Under the pieces are notes generated by a model. That model was not told the DNA's origin. It saw only the letters and a list, made by a program, of their open reading frames with translations, and did no database searches. 64,000 nucleotides of DNA from an uncultured Syntrophobacteraceae bacterium (lineage in GTDB: Bacteria > Desulfobacterota > Binatia > UBA9968). Positions within the stretch are counted from its first letter, which is position 1; each line of letters opens with the position of its first letter. The DNA is taken from contig CAYOJC010000006.1 of NCBI GenBank assembly GCA_964404195.1, forward strand, positions 16,820 through 80,819, written 5' to 3'. The position numbers were made by a program, and so were the translations under genes. Positions 1-9,075 of the stretch are shown here, piece after piece.

Positions 1-78
1 AACCGCCGGTCCTGCATCGACGCTGTTGCGAGCCGCCTTGCCGCCGCACTGGAACAGTATTCCGCCAAATCTCCCTGA
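1..78 (+). CDS. 3-prime end of an upstream gene (partial, function unknown)
   Basis: Open frame running in from the window edge to a TGA near 76-78; no recognisable motif. Confidence 0.2.
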   Translation, partial: NRRSCIDAVASRLAAALEQYSAKSP

Positions 79-162
79 GTTTTTAGCATCTTCCGCCTGT
101 ATGACCTATCCTGTCACAGCCGCGCGTTAAGCTGCTTCCAATAAAGATTGGAGGCAACAGTC

Positions 163-1443
163 ATGCAGAGCGTTTTGTACGTGTTGTTCGCCCGGGAGCA
201 GATTGAGTCGTTCCGCGCCGCACATCCCCCGGATGATGGTTGGACCGTGTACTACTGCGGTCCAAGGACGGCCGTCAATCTCTATCTGATGTATCTTACA
301 GATTGCCTGAGGGACAAATACCCTGAAGCGCTCAAATATTCCTCGGTTGGAGTAGAGCCGAGCATGGAGGAGATAGATCGGATAGCTCTGAGAGCTTCAG
401 CATTCGAGACGGCACCCGAATCGGATCCGGATAAGGATATCGAATCGACCGGCTGGATTGGATCGGTGGAGATCGTATGGAATGGATCTCCGGTCCATTT
501 CTGCTCCCTGTTTATGGACACTTGCCTTTCTGCGGAACCCCTCGTCCTTATCGCGGCGCAATCCGCCGCCGCGCTACGAGACTTTCTCCGCGCCATCGGT
601 GAATACGGGTGTTCCAGAGAGGAATGGAAAAGAGGCGAGATTTTAGTGGTCAATGGGCAGGATATTCCTGTTACGGCACTGAGTTGGGAGGATCTCGTGC
701 TGCCGACCGGGATGGCCGATGATATTCGCGGCAATGTTGAGGCCTTTTTCCGGAGCCGGGACAAATACCGGGAACTCGGTCTTCCTCACCGCAGAGGCTT
801 TCTGTTCGCGGGGCCTCCCGGATGCGGCAAGACTCTCACCGTCAAGGTGCTGGCGTCCACGATCGAGGCCAAGTTCATCACGGTGCTGCGACGAGCCGAC
901 GTGAATGATGACGCAATCACGCGCGCATTCTATCTGGGCAAGAAGTACGCGCCGTCCGTGATTGTGTTTGAGGAACTGGAGAAGTTAGTCAAAGCCGAAG
1001 GGGTCTCCCTCGCGCATTTCCTGGATCTGGTTGACGGCTTGAGCCTAGCCGAGGGAGTCTTGCTCGTTGCCACCTCAAACGACCCTGCGAGTTTGGACCC
1101 GGCGCTCCTGCACCGGCCCAGCCGCTTCGACCGAGTCTGGAAGTTCCCCTTGCCCGGCTATGAGCAGCGACTCACTTTGCTTCGCAAGCGAGGGCGCGCA
1201 TACTTTTCTGAGACTGTATTGGTAGAAGCTGCCCGAAATTCGGCGGGCTTCTCGATGGCCTATGTCCAGGAGATCGTCGTCAATGCCCTGCTTCAAAACA
1301 CAAACAATGGAGACAGGCCCCATGACGAAGCTCTGTTGAAAAGTCTCGATATCCTGAGGCGTCAGCGCAGGGCCGCATCAAAGGATGACGAAACGGTCGA
1401 GGATCGCGGAACGATCGGCTTTGGCCATCAAGAGGCTGACTAA
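163..1443 (+). CDS. AAA+ ATPase with an uncharacterised ~190-aa N-terminal domain
   Basis: Walker A GPPGCGKT, Walker B IVFEEL, second region of homology VATSNDPASLDPALLHRPSRFDR. GGAGG RBS 7 nt before the ATG at 163 (the ORF track begins at a TTG at 148). GC content visibly lower than the neighbouring genes. Confidence 0.75.
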   Translation: MQSVLYVLFAREQIESFRAAHPPDDGWTVYYCGPRTAVNLYLMYLTDCLRDKYPEALKYSSVGVEPSMEEIDRIALRASAFETAPESDPDKDIESTGWIGSVEIVWNGSPVHFCSLFMDTCLSAEPLVLIAAQSAAALRDFLRAIGEYGCSREEWKRGEILVVNGQDIPVTALSWEDLVLPTGMADDIRGNVEAFFRSRDKYRELGLPHRRGFLFAGPPGCGKTLTVKVLASTIEAKFITVLRRADVNDDAITRAFYLGKKYAPSVIVFEELEKLVKAEGVSLAHFLDLVDGLSLAEGVLLVATSNDPASLDPALLHRPSRFDRVWKFPLPGYEQRLTLLRKRGRAYFSETVLVEAARNSAGFSMAYVQEIVVNALLQNTNNGDRPHDEALLKSLDILRRQRRAASKDDETVEDRGTIGFGHQEAD

Positions 1444-1484
1444 CTTGGTTGCACCCATTCGGACGCTCCATTATAGTGTGATTT

Positions 1485-2582
1485 GTGATTCAGCGGCGCA
1501 AAACCAGGCAAATTCAGCTTGGCAACGTCAAAATCGGCGGCGATGCTCCGATCACCGTCCAGTCGATGACCAAGACCGACACGCGCGACGTGAGTGCGAC
1601 GGTTCATCAGATATGGTCGTTGGAAGCCGCGGGCTGCGAGATCGTGAGAGTCGCGGTTCCCGTGCGCGAGGCGGCGGAAAAGTTGGGCGAGATCAAAAAT
1701 AAGATTCGCATCCCGCTCGTCGCCGATATTCATTTCAACTACAAGCTCGCCCTGATCGCGCTGGAGCAGGGTGTGGATGGCCTGCGCCTCAACCCCGGCA
1801 ACATCGGCGAGCGCTGGTGCGTCGATGAAGTGATCAAAGTCGCCGCGGAACGTAAAATCCCGATTCGCATCGGCGTGAACGCGGGCTCGCTGGAAAAGGA
1901 CTTGCTGAAAAAATATGACGGGCCCACGGCCGATGGGATGGTCGAAAGCGCGCTCCGCCACATCGGCATCCTGGAAGATCTCGGCTATACGGAAATAAAG
2001 GTTTCGCTCAAGGCCTCCGATCCGCTCATGATGATCGAGGCGTACCGCATGCTGGCGGAGAAGGTGGACTATCCATTGCATTTGGGCGTCACGGAAGCGG
2101 GCACGCCGACGACGGGCACGATCAAATCTTCGGTGGGAATCGGCGCGCTCTTGGCCGAGGGCATCGGCGACACCATCCGGGTCTCCCTTGCCGCCGATCC
2201 GGTGGAAGAAGTGCGGATCGGAATGGAGATTCTCAAGTCGCTCGGCCTGCGCAAGGAAGGCATGACCTTTGTAGCTTGTCCTTCCTGCGGCCGTGCGGAC
2301 ATCGACCTCGTGGGACTGGCGAAAGAAGTGGAGCAGCGCATGCTGCCCTTCAGCAATAAAGACATTCATGTCGCGGTCATGGGCTGCGAGGTGAACGGTC
2401 CGGGTGAGGCGCGCGCGGCGGATATCGGCGTCGCCGGCGGCAAGGGCATCGGCCTCATCTTCAAAAAAGGCGAAGTGATCCGCAAAGTGCCGGAAGCCCA
2501 GATCGTGACTGCCCTGATGGAAGAAGTGGAAAAGCTGGTGGCTGAGAAGGAGGCGGAGCGGGCGGCGTCTCCGGAGGATTGA
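1485..2582 (+). CDS. ispG: 4-hydroxy-3-methylbut-2-en-1-yl diphosphate synthase (flavodoxin), IspG/GcpE
   Basis: N-terminus RRKTRQIQLGNVKIGGDAPITVQSMT and full-length GcpE-like sequence with C-terminal Cys cluster CPSCGR. Confidence 0.93.
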   Translation: MIQRRKTRQIQLGNVKIGGDAPITVQSMTKTDTRDVSATVHQIWSLEAAGCEIVRVAVPVREAAEKLGEIKNKIRIPLVADIHFNYKLALIALEQGVDGLRLNPGNIGERWCVDEVIKVAAERKIPIRIGVNAGSLEKDLLKKYDGPTADGMVESALRHIGILEDLGYTEIKVSLKASDPLMMIEAYRMLAEKVDYPLHLGVTEAGTPTTGTIKSSVGIGALLAEGIGDTIRVSLAADPVEEVRIGMEILKSLGLRKEGMTFVACPSCGRADIDLVGLAKEVEQRMLPFSNKDIHVAVMGCEVNGPGEARAADIGVAGGKGIGLIFKKGEVIRKVPEAQIVTALMEEVEKLVAEKEAERAASPED

Positions 2583-2587
2583 CCTCT

Positions 2588-2760
2588 CAGTTTAAAAGGC
2601 AAAGTGCAAATTGAAAAATGCAAAAGTTTCGGAGATAGAATCCGGAATCTAGGAGCCACGCTCCGGGAAACGACAACGGTTTCTGACTACCGCATTCTGG
2701 ATTCTGATTCCTGGCATTTTGACTTTTACACTTTGCAATTTTCATTTTGCATTGTGTAAA
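2588..2760. repeat. AT-rich imperfect palindromic element; tandem heptads (AAANTGC) inverted on the right arm (GCANTTT) around a GC-rich centre
   Basis: Left arm aaagtgcaaattgaaaaatgcaaaag, right arm gcattttgacttttacactttgcaattttcattttgcatt, nested inner inverted repeat agaatccggaat / attctggattct. Same family as 42085-42200. Confidence 0.6.
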
Positions 2761-2765
2761 AGAAC

Positions 2766-4511
2766 ATGCGCTGGACCACTACCCTTATTCCAACTCTCAA
2801 GGAGGATCCCTCCGATGCCGAGGTCATCAGCCACAAGCTGTTGGTCCGGGCCGGGATGATCCGTCAGGTTAGCCGGGGAATCTACGACTACCTTCCGCTT
2901 GCGCTCAAAGTCATCCGCAAGATCGAAGCCATCGTGCGTGAAGAAATGGACCGGGCGGGCGCGCAGGAGCTTTTGCTGCCGATCGCCTCGCCCGCCGAAT
3001 TGTGGCAGGAGAGCGGCCGCTGGGAAGTGTACGGCAAAGAGCTCGTCCGGTTCAAAGACCGACACGAGCGGGATTTCTGCCTGGGGCCGACGCACGAAGA
3101 AGTGATCACGGATCTCGTCCGCCGCGTGGTGCGGTCGTATCGCGAGCTTCCTTTCAACCTGTACCAGATTCAAACCAAATTTCGCGACGAGGTGCGTCCC
3201 CGGTTCGGTCTGATGCGCGGGCGGGAATTCATCATGAAGGACGCCTACAGCTTCCACCCGAACGTCGAAGATTGCCGGCGCGAGTATCAAAACATGTTCG
3301 ACACCTACCGGCGGATTTTCACCCGCTTGGGCCTCAAGTTCCGCCCCGTGGAGGCGGACACGGGCGCGATCGGCGGCAGCTTGTCCCATGAGTTCCAGGT
3401 CTTGGCGGAATCGGGAGAGGACGCCATCGTCAGTTGCGACAAGTGTGACTACGCCGCGAATATTCAAAAGGCCGAGATCAAAAGCCATACGCCTTCGGCG
3501 CGCGATCTGAAGGATTCTTCGCCGCCGCTCAAGAAAGTAGCGACGCCCGAGAAAAAAACCGTCGCGGACGTCTCCCAATTCCTCTCACTCCCGGCCGACC
3601 GGTTTATCAAGACGATGGTTTACAAAGTCGACAACGCCGAACTGGTGGCTGTCCTGGTCCGCGGCGATCATGAGATCAACGAGCTGAAGCTCAAGTCCGC
3701 GCTGCGTTGTCAGGAAGCAGTTTTGGCGGGCGAAGCCGAAGTACAAAAAGCCACCCGGGTCGCGCCCGGATTTTTGGGGCCGATCGGTCTCAAGCTCCGT
3801 ACCATCGCCGATCACGCGATCCAAGGCATGCGCGGCGCGGTCGCCGGCGCCAACGAGGCCGACGCCCATTTTGTCGACGTAGACCAGGAGCGGGACTTCA
3901 CGCCGTCGGCCTTCGTCGACCTTCGCGTGGTGGTGGCCGGAGATTCTTGTCCGCGCTGCGATGAAGGCCGTCTCGAACTCTATCGCGGGATAGAAGTCGG
4001 CCAGGTTTTTTATCTGGGCAAAAAGTACAGCGAGAAGATGGGCGCGACCTATCTCGATCCCGAAGGCCGCGAGCAGCCCATCGAAATGGGCTGCTACGGC
4101 ATCGGCATCTCGCGCCTGCTCGCCGCCGCGATCGAGCAAAACCACGATGAAAACGGAATCATCTGGCCCTTTGCCATAGCGCCGTTCCAGGCGATGATTT
4201 TGCCGATCAACTACAAAGAAGAAAGACTCCAAAAAGCCGCCGACCGGCTTTATGAAGAGCTTCGGCAGAGAAAGATCGACGTATTGCTGGACGACCGCGA
4301 CGAGCGGCCGGGCGTCAAGTTCAAAGATGCCGATCTGATCGGTATTCCCCTGCGCGTTACTGTGGGCGCGAAAGGTCTCGATAAAGGATGCGTCGAGCTG
4401 CGTCGGCGTCGCGACGGCAGTATGAAAGAGATTCCGATAGAAGAAACGGCCGATCGGATCCAAGAGACGATTCGCGCGGAGACAGGCGAAGAAGCGTCGC
4501 GGAAATACTGA
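2766..4511 (+). CDS. proS: proline--tRNA ligase
   Basis: Canonical bacterial ProRS N-terminus MRWTTTLIPTLKEDPSDAEVISHKLLVRAGMIRQ; full-length 581 aa including editing and anticodon-binding regions. Confidence 0.95.
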   Translation: MRWTTTLIPTLKEDPSDAEVISHKLLVRAGMIRQVSRGIYDYLPLALKVIRKIEAIVREEMDRAGAQELLLPIASPAELWQESGRWEVYGKELVRFKDRHERDFCLGPTHEEVITDLVRRVVRSYRELPFNLYQIQTKFRDEVRPRFGLMRGREFIMKDAYSFHPNVEDCRREYQNMFDTYRRIFTRLGLKFRPVEADTGAIGGSLSHEFQVLAESGEDAIVSCDKCDYAANIQKAEIKSHTPSARDLKDSSPPLKKVATPEKKTVADVSQFLSLPADRFIKTMVYKVDNAELVAVLVRGDHEINELKLKSALRCQEAVLAGEAEVQKATRVAPGFLGPIGLKLRTIADHAIQGMRGAVAGANEADAHFVDVDQERDFTPSAFVDLRVVVAGDSCPRCDEGRLELYRGIEVGQVFYLGKKYSEKMGATYLDPEGREQPIEMGCYGIGISRLLAAAIEQNHDENGIIWPFAIAPFQAMILPINYKEERLQKAADRLYEELRQRKIDVLLDDRDERPGVKFKDADLIGIPLRVTVGAKGLDKGCVELRRRRDGSMKEIPIEETADRIQETIRAETGEEASRKY

Positions 4512-4513
4512 CG

Positions 4514-5278
4514 ATGGCGTCCAATCTCCAACTCGTCCGCTCTCCCACGCCCATGCGCGAGCGGTTGATCCTCGCGCTCGACGTGGACGACCTGGAGCGA
4601 GTGAAGGCGACCCTTAAGCTCCTGGCGGGCGAGGTCAGCATGTTCAAAATCGGCAAGCAGCTTTTTACCCATGCCGGGCCTCAAGCCGTCAAGCTGATTC
4701 AAGAAATGGGCGGCGAGGTTTTCTTGGATTTAAAGTTTCACGATATCCCGACCACCGTCGCCAAAGCCGCGGTCGAGGCGACCCGCCTCAGAGTCAAAAT
4801 GTTCAACGTCCACGCCTCGGGCAGTTTGGCGATGATGCGCCTGACGGTCAGAGAAGTGAACCGGGTTTGCCGGCAGGAGTCGCTGAGAAAGCCGCTCATG
4901 CTGGCCGTCACCGTGCTTACCAGCTTGAACGAAAGCGATCTGAAAAAAGTCGGCGTCACGGGAGAGGTGGCCGACCAGGTTGTGCGCCTGGCGCTGCTCA
5001 GCCAGAAGGCGGGCATGGACGGGGTGGTGGCCGCGCCCAACGAGGTCGGCGAAATTCGTGCGGCTTGCGGGCGCCGCTTCGTGATCGTAACGCCCGGCAT
5101 CCGCCTGCAAAAATCCAAGCGCGACGACCAGAAGCGCGTGATGACCCCGGCCGACGCCGTGCGCGCCGGCGTGGACTACATCGTCGTCGGCCGCCCGATC
5201 ATGGAGGCCGACGATCCCGTGCACGTAGCAAGAGAGATCATCGCCGACATGGAACAAAGCACGGCAAAAATTTCTTGA
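4514..5278 (+). CDS. pyrF: orotidine-5-phosphate decarboxylase
   Basis: LILALDVDDLERV...MFKIGKQLF...VFLDLKFHDIPTTV... motifs. ATG at 4514 right after the proS stop; the track ORF extends spuriously upstream. Confidence 0.9.
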   Translation: MASNLQLVRSPTPMRERLILALDVDDLERVKATLKLLAGEVSMFKIGKQLFTHAGPQAVKLIQEMGGEVFLDLKFHDIPTTVAKAAVEATRLRVKMFNVHASGSLAMMRLTVREVNRVCRQESLRKPLMLAVTVLTSLNESDLKKVGVTGEVADQVVRLALLSQKAGMDGVVAAPNEVGEIRAACGRRFVIVTPGIRLQKSKRDDQKRVMTPADAVRAGVDYIVVGRPIMEADDPVHVAREIIADMEQSTAKIS

Positions 5279-5289
5279 AAAGGGGACCT

Positions 5290-6252
5290 ATGGCGACACT
5301 CACTTTGAATTTAGGATTTAACCGCGCGCCGAACACGCGCGGGTTGTTCGACGGCTCCGTGCGAGTCGAAGGCGCGGAGCTCAAGCTCCAGTCAGAATTC
5401 GGCGAAGGCCTCGACAACGTCGGCGCGCGCCACCGGAAGATCATCGCGGGGGAGTTCGACGGCGGCGAGCTCTCCATCTCCTCTTATATCCTGGCCCGAA
5501 AGCGCGGACTGCGGCTGCGCGCGCTGCCGGTTTTTCTGTCGCGGAAATTTCGCCATCGCTGCATGTACCTTCCGGTGAAATCGCCGCTTCGCGACCCTTC
5601 CGAGCTGGCGGGAAAGAAGATCACCATCCATCGCTACAACGCCACGACTCCGGTCTGGCTCAAGGGAATTCTCCAGAACGAATACGGCGTCAAGCCCGAA
5701 ACCGTGGAATGGTTCGTCGCAGAGCCGGACATCGCGGAGGAGTTGCTCAGGCCGCCGCCGCCTGAGATTCGCGTGCGGCTCATCCCTGAACCGCGCACGC
5801 GCGAGCACGCCATTGAGCTTTTGGAGCGCGGCGAGATCGACGCGGCGCTCGAACCGTACGACGCGCTCGGCGCCAATCCGAAACTGCGCCGGATTTTTCC
5901 CGATCACCGTCGCGTCGAGGAAGATTTTTTCCGCCGCACCGGCTGCTTCCCGATCAACCACCTCTTCGTCTTGAAAGAAGATGTCGCCGACGCCCATCCG
6001 TGGGTCGTCGAGGGTCTGCTCAACGCGTTTCGCGAGGCCGAGACTATGGGCGAGCGTTACCGCGACGAGAAACAGAAAGAAGAAGCGGCGTGGGAGAAAA
6101 AAGTGATGGGAGGGGAGTTCGCGTACAGTTTAAACAAAGGACCCGCGCGAAAATCTCTGGAGACGCTCTTCACCTACCAGATCCAGCAGGGGATTTTAGA
6201 CAAGAAGCCCGATTTAGCGAGCCTTTTTTTTCCGCAAGTGCTGAGTCTCTAG
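5290..6252 (+). CDS. NMT1/THI5-like periplasmic-binding-fold protein without signal peptide (4,5-dihydroxyphthalate decarboxylase-like annotation family)
   Basis: Fold-level similarity to the SsuA/NMT1 family; start at ATG 5290 (track ORF reads through from pyrF). The 3-prime end overlaps the convergent thiD by 39 nt. Confidence 0.5.
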   Translation: MATLTLNLGFNRAPNTRGLFDGSVRVEGAELKLQSEFGEGLDNVGARHRKIIAGEFDGGELSISSYILARKRGLRLRALPVFLSRKFRHRCMYLPVKSPLRDPSELAGKKITIHRYNATTPVWLKGILQNEYGVKPETVEWFVAEPDIAEELLRPPPPEIRVRLIPEPRTREHAIELLERGEIDAALEPYDALGANPKLRRIFPDHRRVEEDFFRRTGCFPINHLFVLKEDVADAHPWVVEGLLNAFREAETMGERYRDEKQKEEAAWEKKVMGGEFAYSLNKGPARKSLETLFTYQIQQGILDKKPDLASLFFPQVLSL

Positions 6253-7047
6253 ATTGCCCCAGAAGTAATAGAAGTGATTGACCGGGCTGTGGCCTGAGCC
6301 GATCGCAAAACTTTTGCGGATCGCGCGCGTCATATAAATCTTCGCATGTGCCACGGCCTGTTCTAATTTTTTCCCCTTCGCCAAGTTCGCCGCGATCGCC
6401 GCGGAAAAGGTGCAGCCGGTGCCGTGCGTGTTCCGCGTCGCAACGCGCGCGGCGGTGAAGATGCGGAATTTTTTCCCGTCGTAAAACAGATCGGCGGCCG
6501 GGCCCTTTCGATGGCCTCCTTTGATCACCACGCTCTTTGCCCCCATCCCGACAATCCGCCTGGCGGCTTCTCTGAGATCGATCAGCCGTGTTCCATGAAC
6601 GCCGGTGAGATGCTCGGCCTCCGGAATGTTGGGCGTTACAACGGCGGCGAGAGGAATTAGTAGAGACTGGAGCGCTTCTATCGCATTGTTGCGCAAGAGC
6701 AGATCGCCCGACTTGGCCACCATCACCGGATCGACGACGAGGTTCGGCAGCCGGTATTCACGGACTTTTTCCGCCACGACTTTGATAATCGCCGAGTTGG
6801 AAAGCATGCCGGTTTTGACGGCATCCGCGCCGATATCTTGAACCACCGCGTCGAACTGTGCAGCGACCAGTTCGGGGTCAACCTCGAAGATCCGCGTCAC
6901 GCCCAGGGTGTTCTGCGCGGTAATCGCCGTAATGACCGACGTTCCGTAAACACCGAGCGCGGCGAAGGTCTTGAGATCCGCCTGAATTCCCGCGCCTGCG
7001 CCGGAATCGGAGCCCGCGATCGTCAGAGCTTTGTAAATTTTTTGCAC
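6214..7047 (-). CDS. thiD: hydroxymethylpyrimidine/phosphomethylpyrimidine kinase
   Basis: ALTIAGSDSGAGAGIQADLKTF...GVYGTSVITAITAQNT signature of the ThiD/PdxK ribokinase-like family. Confidence 0.9.
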   Translation of the reverse strand: MQKIYKALTIAGSDSGAGAGIQADLKTFAALGVYGTSVITAITAQNTLGVTRIFEVDPELVAAQFDAVVQDIGADAVKTGMLSNSAIIKVVAEKVREYRLPNLVVDPVMVAKSGDLLLRNNAIEALQSLLIPLAAVVTPNIPEAEHLTGVHGTRLIDLREAARRIVGMGAKSVVIKGGHRKGPAADLFYDGKKFRIFTAARVATRNTHGTGCTFSAAIAANLAKGKKLEQAVAHAKIYMTRAIRKSFAIGSGHSPVNHFYYFWGNLETQHLRKKKAR

Positions 7048-7806
7048 TTAAACGTTTCCGAGCAAATGCATGGGGCCGGTCGGCTGTGGCACGCCGCCCG
7101 CCGGCTCGAGTGTTACCGCAAACTTGTCGAAAATTTTCGCTGGCGGCAGCGCGGGAAGACGAAACAGCGTTACTCCGCCCTGATTCACCGTGAAAACTCC
7201 CGCCGGAACAGGTTCCGCGCCGGCGATGCCCCAAAGCTCGTAGGCCTTATCGGCAGTCGTCGGCGGCAGGCCGGTGACCAACAGAAGACCGGTGCGCGAG
7301 CGGGAGTTCCACAATAACTGCCCGTTGGCGCCCGGACTTGCGGGAAGAGCGGCGAGGTTGACGATGCGAACTTGTGGATCGGAGAGGAATCGGATCACTT
7401 CTTCTCGCTCACTTACTTGAGTCTGGAGAGCGGCGAGCCGGCCTTGCAGCTCGCGCACTTGATTCCGGCTCGCGATCAGGTACCAGCCTACGGCAATCAA
7501 AAGAGCCGCCGCGGTCAACCCGCCGGCGAGACTCCACCAAAGCCAAGGCGCCGCAGTTCTTTCTGCTATGGCGCGCTTTGTTTCCGGAGCTATTCGCTTA
7601 AGCAATTCCGTCTTAACGCGCGGCGGCGGCTCCAGCGGCGCAAGCGAGCGCGGAAGTTGGACAAGGGTCTCGCGGCTTTCGCGCAGATGTGTTTCGCAGA
7701 GAACGCAGCCGGAAGCCAGGTGCGCCTCGAACAGAGTCAGCTCCTCTCCGTCGAGCGCTTCCAGTGCGTAGATTTCCGCGCGTTCAAGCCATTCTTCGTG
7801 GTTCAT
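7048..7806 (-). CDS. anti-sigma factor (RskA/ChrR-like, single transmembrane helix)
   Basis: N-terminal zinc-binding anti-sigma motif HLASGCVLCETHL, central TM segment WLWWSLAGGLTAAALLIAVGWYLI, periplasmic C-terminal domain. Immediately downstream of an ECF sigma gene. Confidence 0.8.
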   Translation of the reverse strand: MNHEEWLERAEIYALEALDGEELTLFEAHLASGCVLCETHLRESRETLVQLPRSLAPLEPPPRVKTELLKRIAPETKRAIAERTAAPWLWWSLAGGLTAAALLIAVGWYLIASRNQVRELQGRLAALQTQVSEREEVIRFLSDPQVRIVNLAALPASPGANGQLLWNSRSRTGLLLVTGLPPTTADKAYELWGIAGAEPVPAGVFTVNQGGVTLFRLPALPPAKIFDKFAVTLEPAGGVPQPTGPMHLLGNV

Positions 7807-7811
7807 GACAT

Positions 7812-8372
7812 TTACACTGCTTTCGCGCCGACGATCTCTCGCAGGCGCGTAAGCGCGGCGCGCATACGTGTCTTCACCGTGCCCAAAGGCTCGTTCATCC
7901 GTTCCGCGATCTCCGACTGACTCATGCCGTCGAAATAGGCCAGCTCCATAACCTTGCGCTGGCTCTCCGGCAATTGCGCCAGAGCGCTGTTCACCATGAT
8001 CCGCGCGTCCGCCGCCGCGGCGCCGCTCTCAACGCTCCCGTCGTATTCTTTTCCGGCGGCGCCTTCCATCGGCACGAAGCTCTTATCTCTTCTACGTATG
8101 GAACGCAGCTTGTCGATTGCCCGGCTCCGCGTAATCGTTATGATCCAAGCCTCGGGAGTCCCTCGTTCCGGGCTGTACTTTTCCGCCTCGCGCCAAATTT
8201 GGAGAAAAACTTCCTGCAGCAAGTCCTCCGCCGTGGAGCGCTCCTGGACCAGCCGCATCGCGAAGGAAAAAACCAGCGGCGCATAGCGATCGTAGAAGCG
8301 TCCGAAAGCGCTACGATCCCCTCGTCCTATCTGTAGAACAAGCTCCATCGGGCTATCCGGTGAGGCGGTCAT
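7812..8372 (-). CDS. RNA polymerase sigma-70 factor, ECF subfamily
   Basis: Region 2 (FGRFYDRYAPLVFSFAMRLV, DLLQEVFLQIWR) and region 4 (LPESQRKVMELAYFDGMSQSEIAERM) motifs. Confidence 0.88.
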   Translation of the reverse strand: MTASPDSPMELVLQIGRGDRSAFGRFYDRYAPLVFSFAMRLVQERSTAEDLLQEVFLQIWREAEKYSPERGTPEAWIITITRSRAIDKLRSIRRRDKSFVPMEGAAGKEYDGSVESGAAAADARIMVNSALAQLPESQRKVMELAYFDGMSQSEIAERMNEPLGTVKTRMRAALTRLREIVGAKAV

Positions 8373-8543
8373 GCAAACTGAACTACCATAGAGGTCGAGG
8401 ACTTTCCAAGAGTGGGGGATTTTTCGAATCTCCGGTCAATCCAAACCCGGGGCGGCATTCGTAGATACGGATAGAAGGAGGGAAGGATTCTGATGAAATG
8501 GTTGCGACTCGGCATACGGGCCGGCCCTTGATGTTTCATTGAT

Positions 8544-8571
8544 TGACAAACAGCGATCGGTTTAAGATACT
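8544..8571 (+). promoter_or_regulatory. candidate sigma-70 promoter for the hemoglobin gene (-35 TTGACA, 16-nt spacer, -10 GATACT)
   Basis: TTGACA at 8544-8549 and GATACT at 8566-8571; GGAGG RBS at 8589-8593; ATG at 8601. Confidence 0.35.
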
Positions 8572-8600
8572 CGAACAAATTTATATTGGAGGTTTTAGCA

Positions 8601-9068
8601 ATGAAAAAAATCTCTCCGTTCTTTTTTAGCGTTGGTCTCTTTGCCTTCTTGTCACTCACCGGCTGCGCCGCGTCGGCCCAAGCGCCGGGCGGCCAAGCCG
8701 CGCCCAGCCTATACAAACGGCTCGGCGGCTATGACGCGATCGCCGCGGTCTCGGACGATTTCATCGGCCGTCTCGCCGCCGACAAGCAGCTCAACCGTTT
8801 CCTCGTCGGCCTGAGCGCCGACTCGCAAAAGAGACTGCGGCAGAACGTGGTGGATCAGCTTTGCCAGGCGACGGGCGGCCCGTGCCTCTACATCGGACGG
8901 CCGATGAAGACCGCGCACGCCGGTCTCGGCATCACCGAGAGCGATTGGCAGTCGACGGTGAACCATTTAGTTGCTTCGCTCGATAAATTCAAAGTACCCC
9001 AGAAAGAGAAAAACGAGTTTCTCGCTCTCGCTTCCAGCCTCAAGCCCGACATCGTAGAAAAAAAGTAA
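8601..9068 (+). CDS. glbN: group-1 truncated hemoglobin (2/2 globin) with lipoprotein signal peptide
   Basis: LYKRLGGYDAIAAVSDDFIGRL...NRFL... and HAGLGITESDW motifs of trHbN. N-terminal signal with lipobox LTGC. Confidence 0.8.
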   Translation: MKKISPFFFSVGLFAFLSLTGCAASAQAPGGQAAPSLYKRLGGYDAIAAVSDDFIGRLAADKQLNRFLVGLSADSQKRLRQNVVDQLCQATGGPCLYIGRPMKTAHAGLGITESDWQSTVNHLVASLDKFKVPQKEKNEFLALASSLKPDIVEKK

Positions 9069-9075
9069 ATCCTCC

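Noticed and set aside
2588-2760. Considered whether the periodic repeats (here and at 38779, 42085, 60536) are CRISPR arrays
   Set aside because: Units are 7-8 nt with no unique spacers and are arranged as inverted arms; no cas genes are present. This is not CRISPR.
8369-8716. 115-aa minus-strand ORF spanning the sigma-factor/hemoglobin intergenic region
   Set aside because: It overlaps the promoter and start of the hemoglobin gene and has an implausible proline/tryptophan-rich composition.
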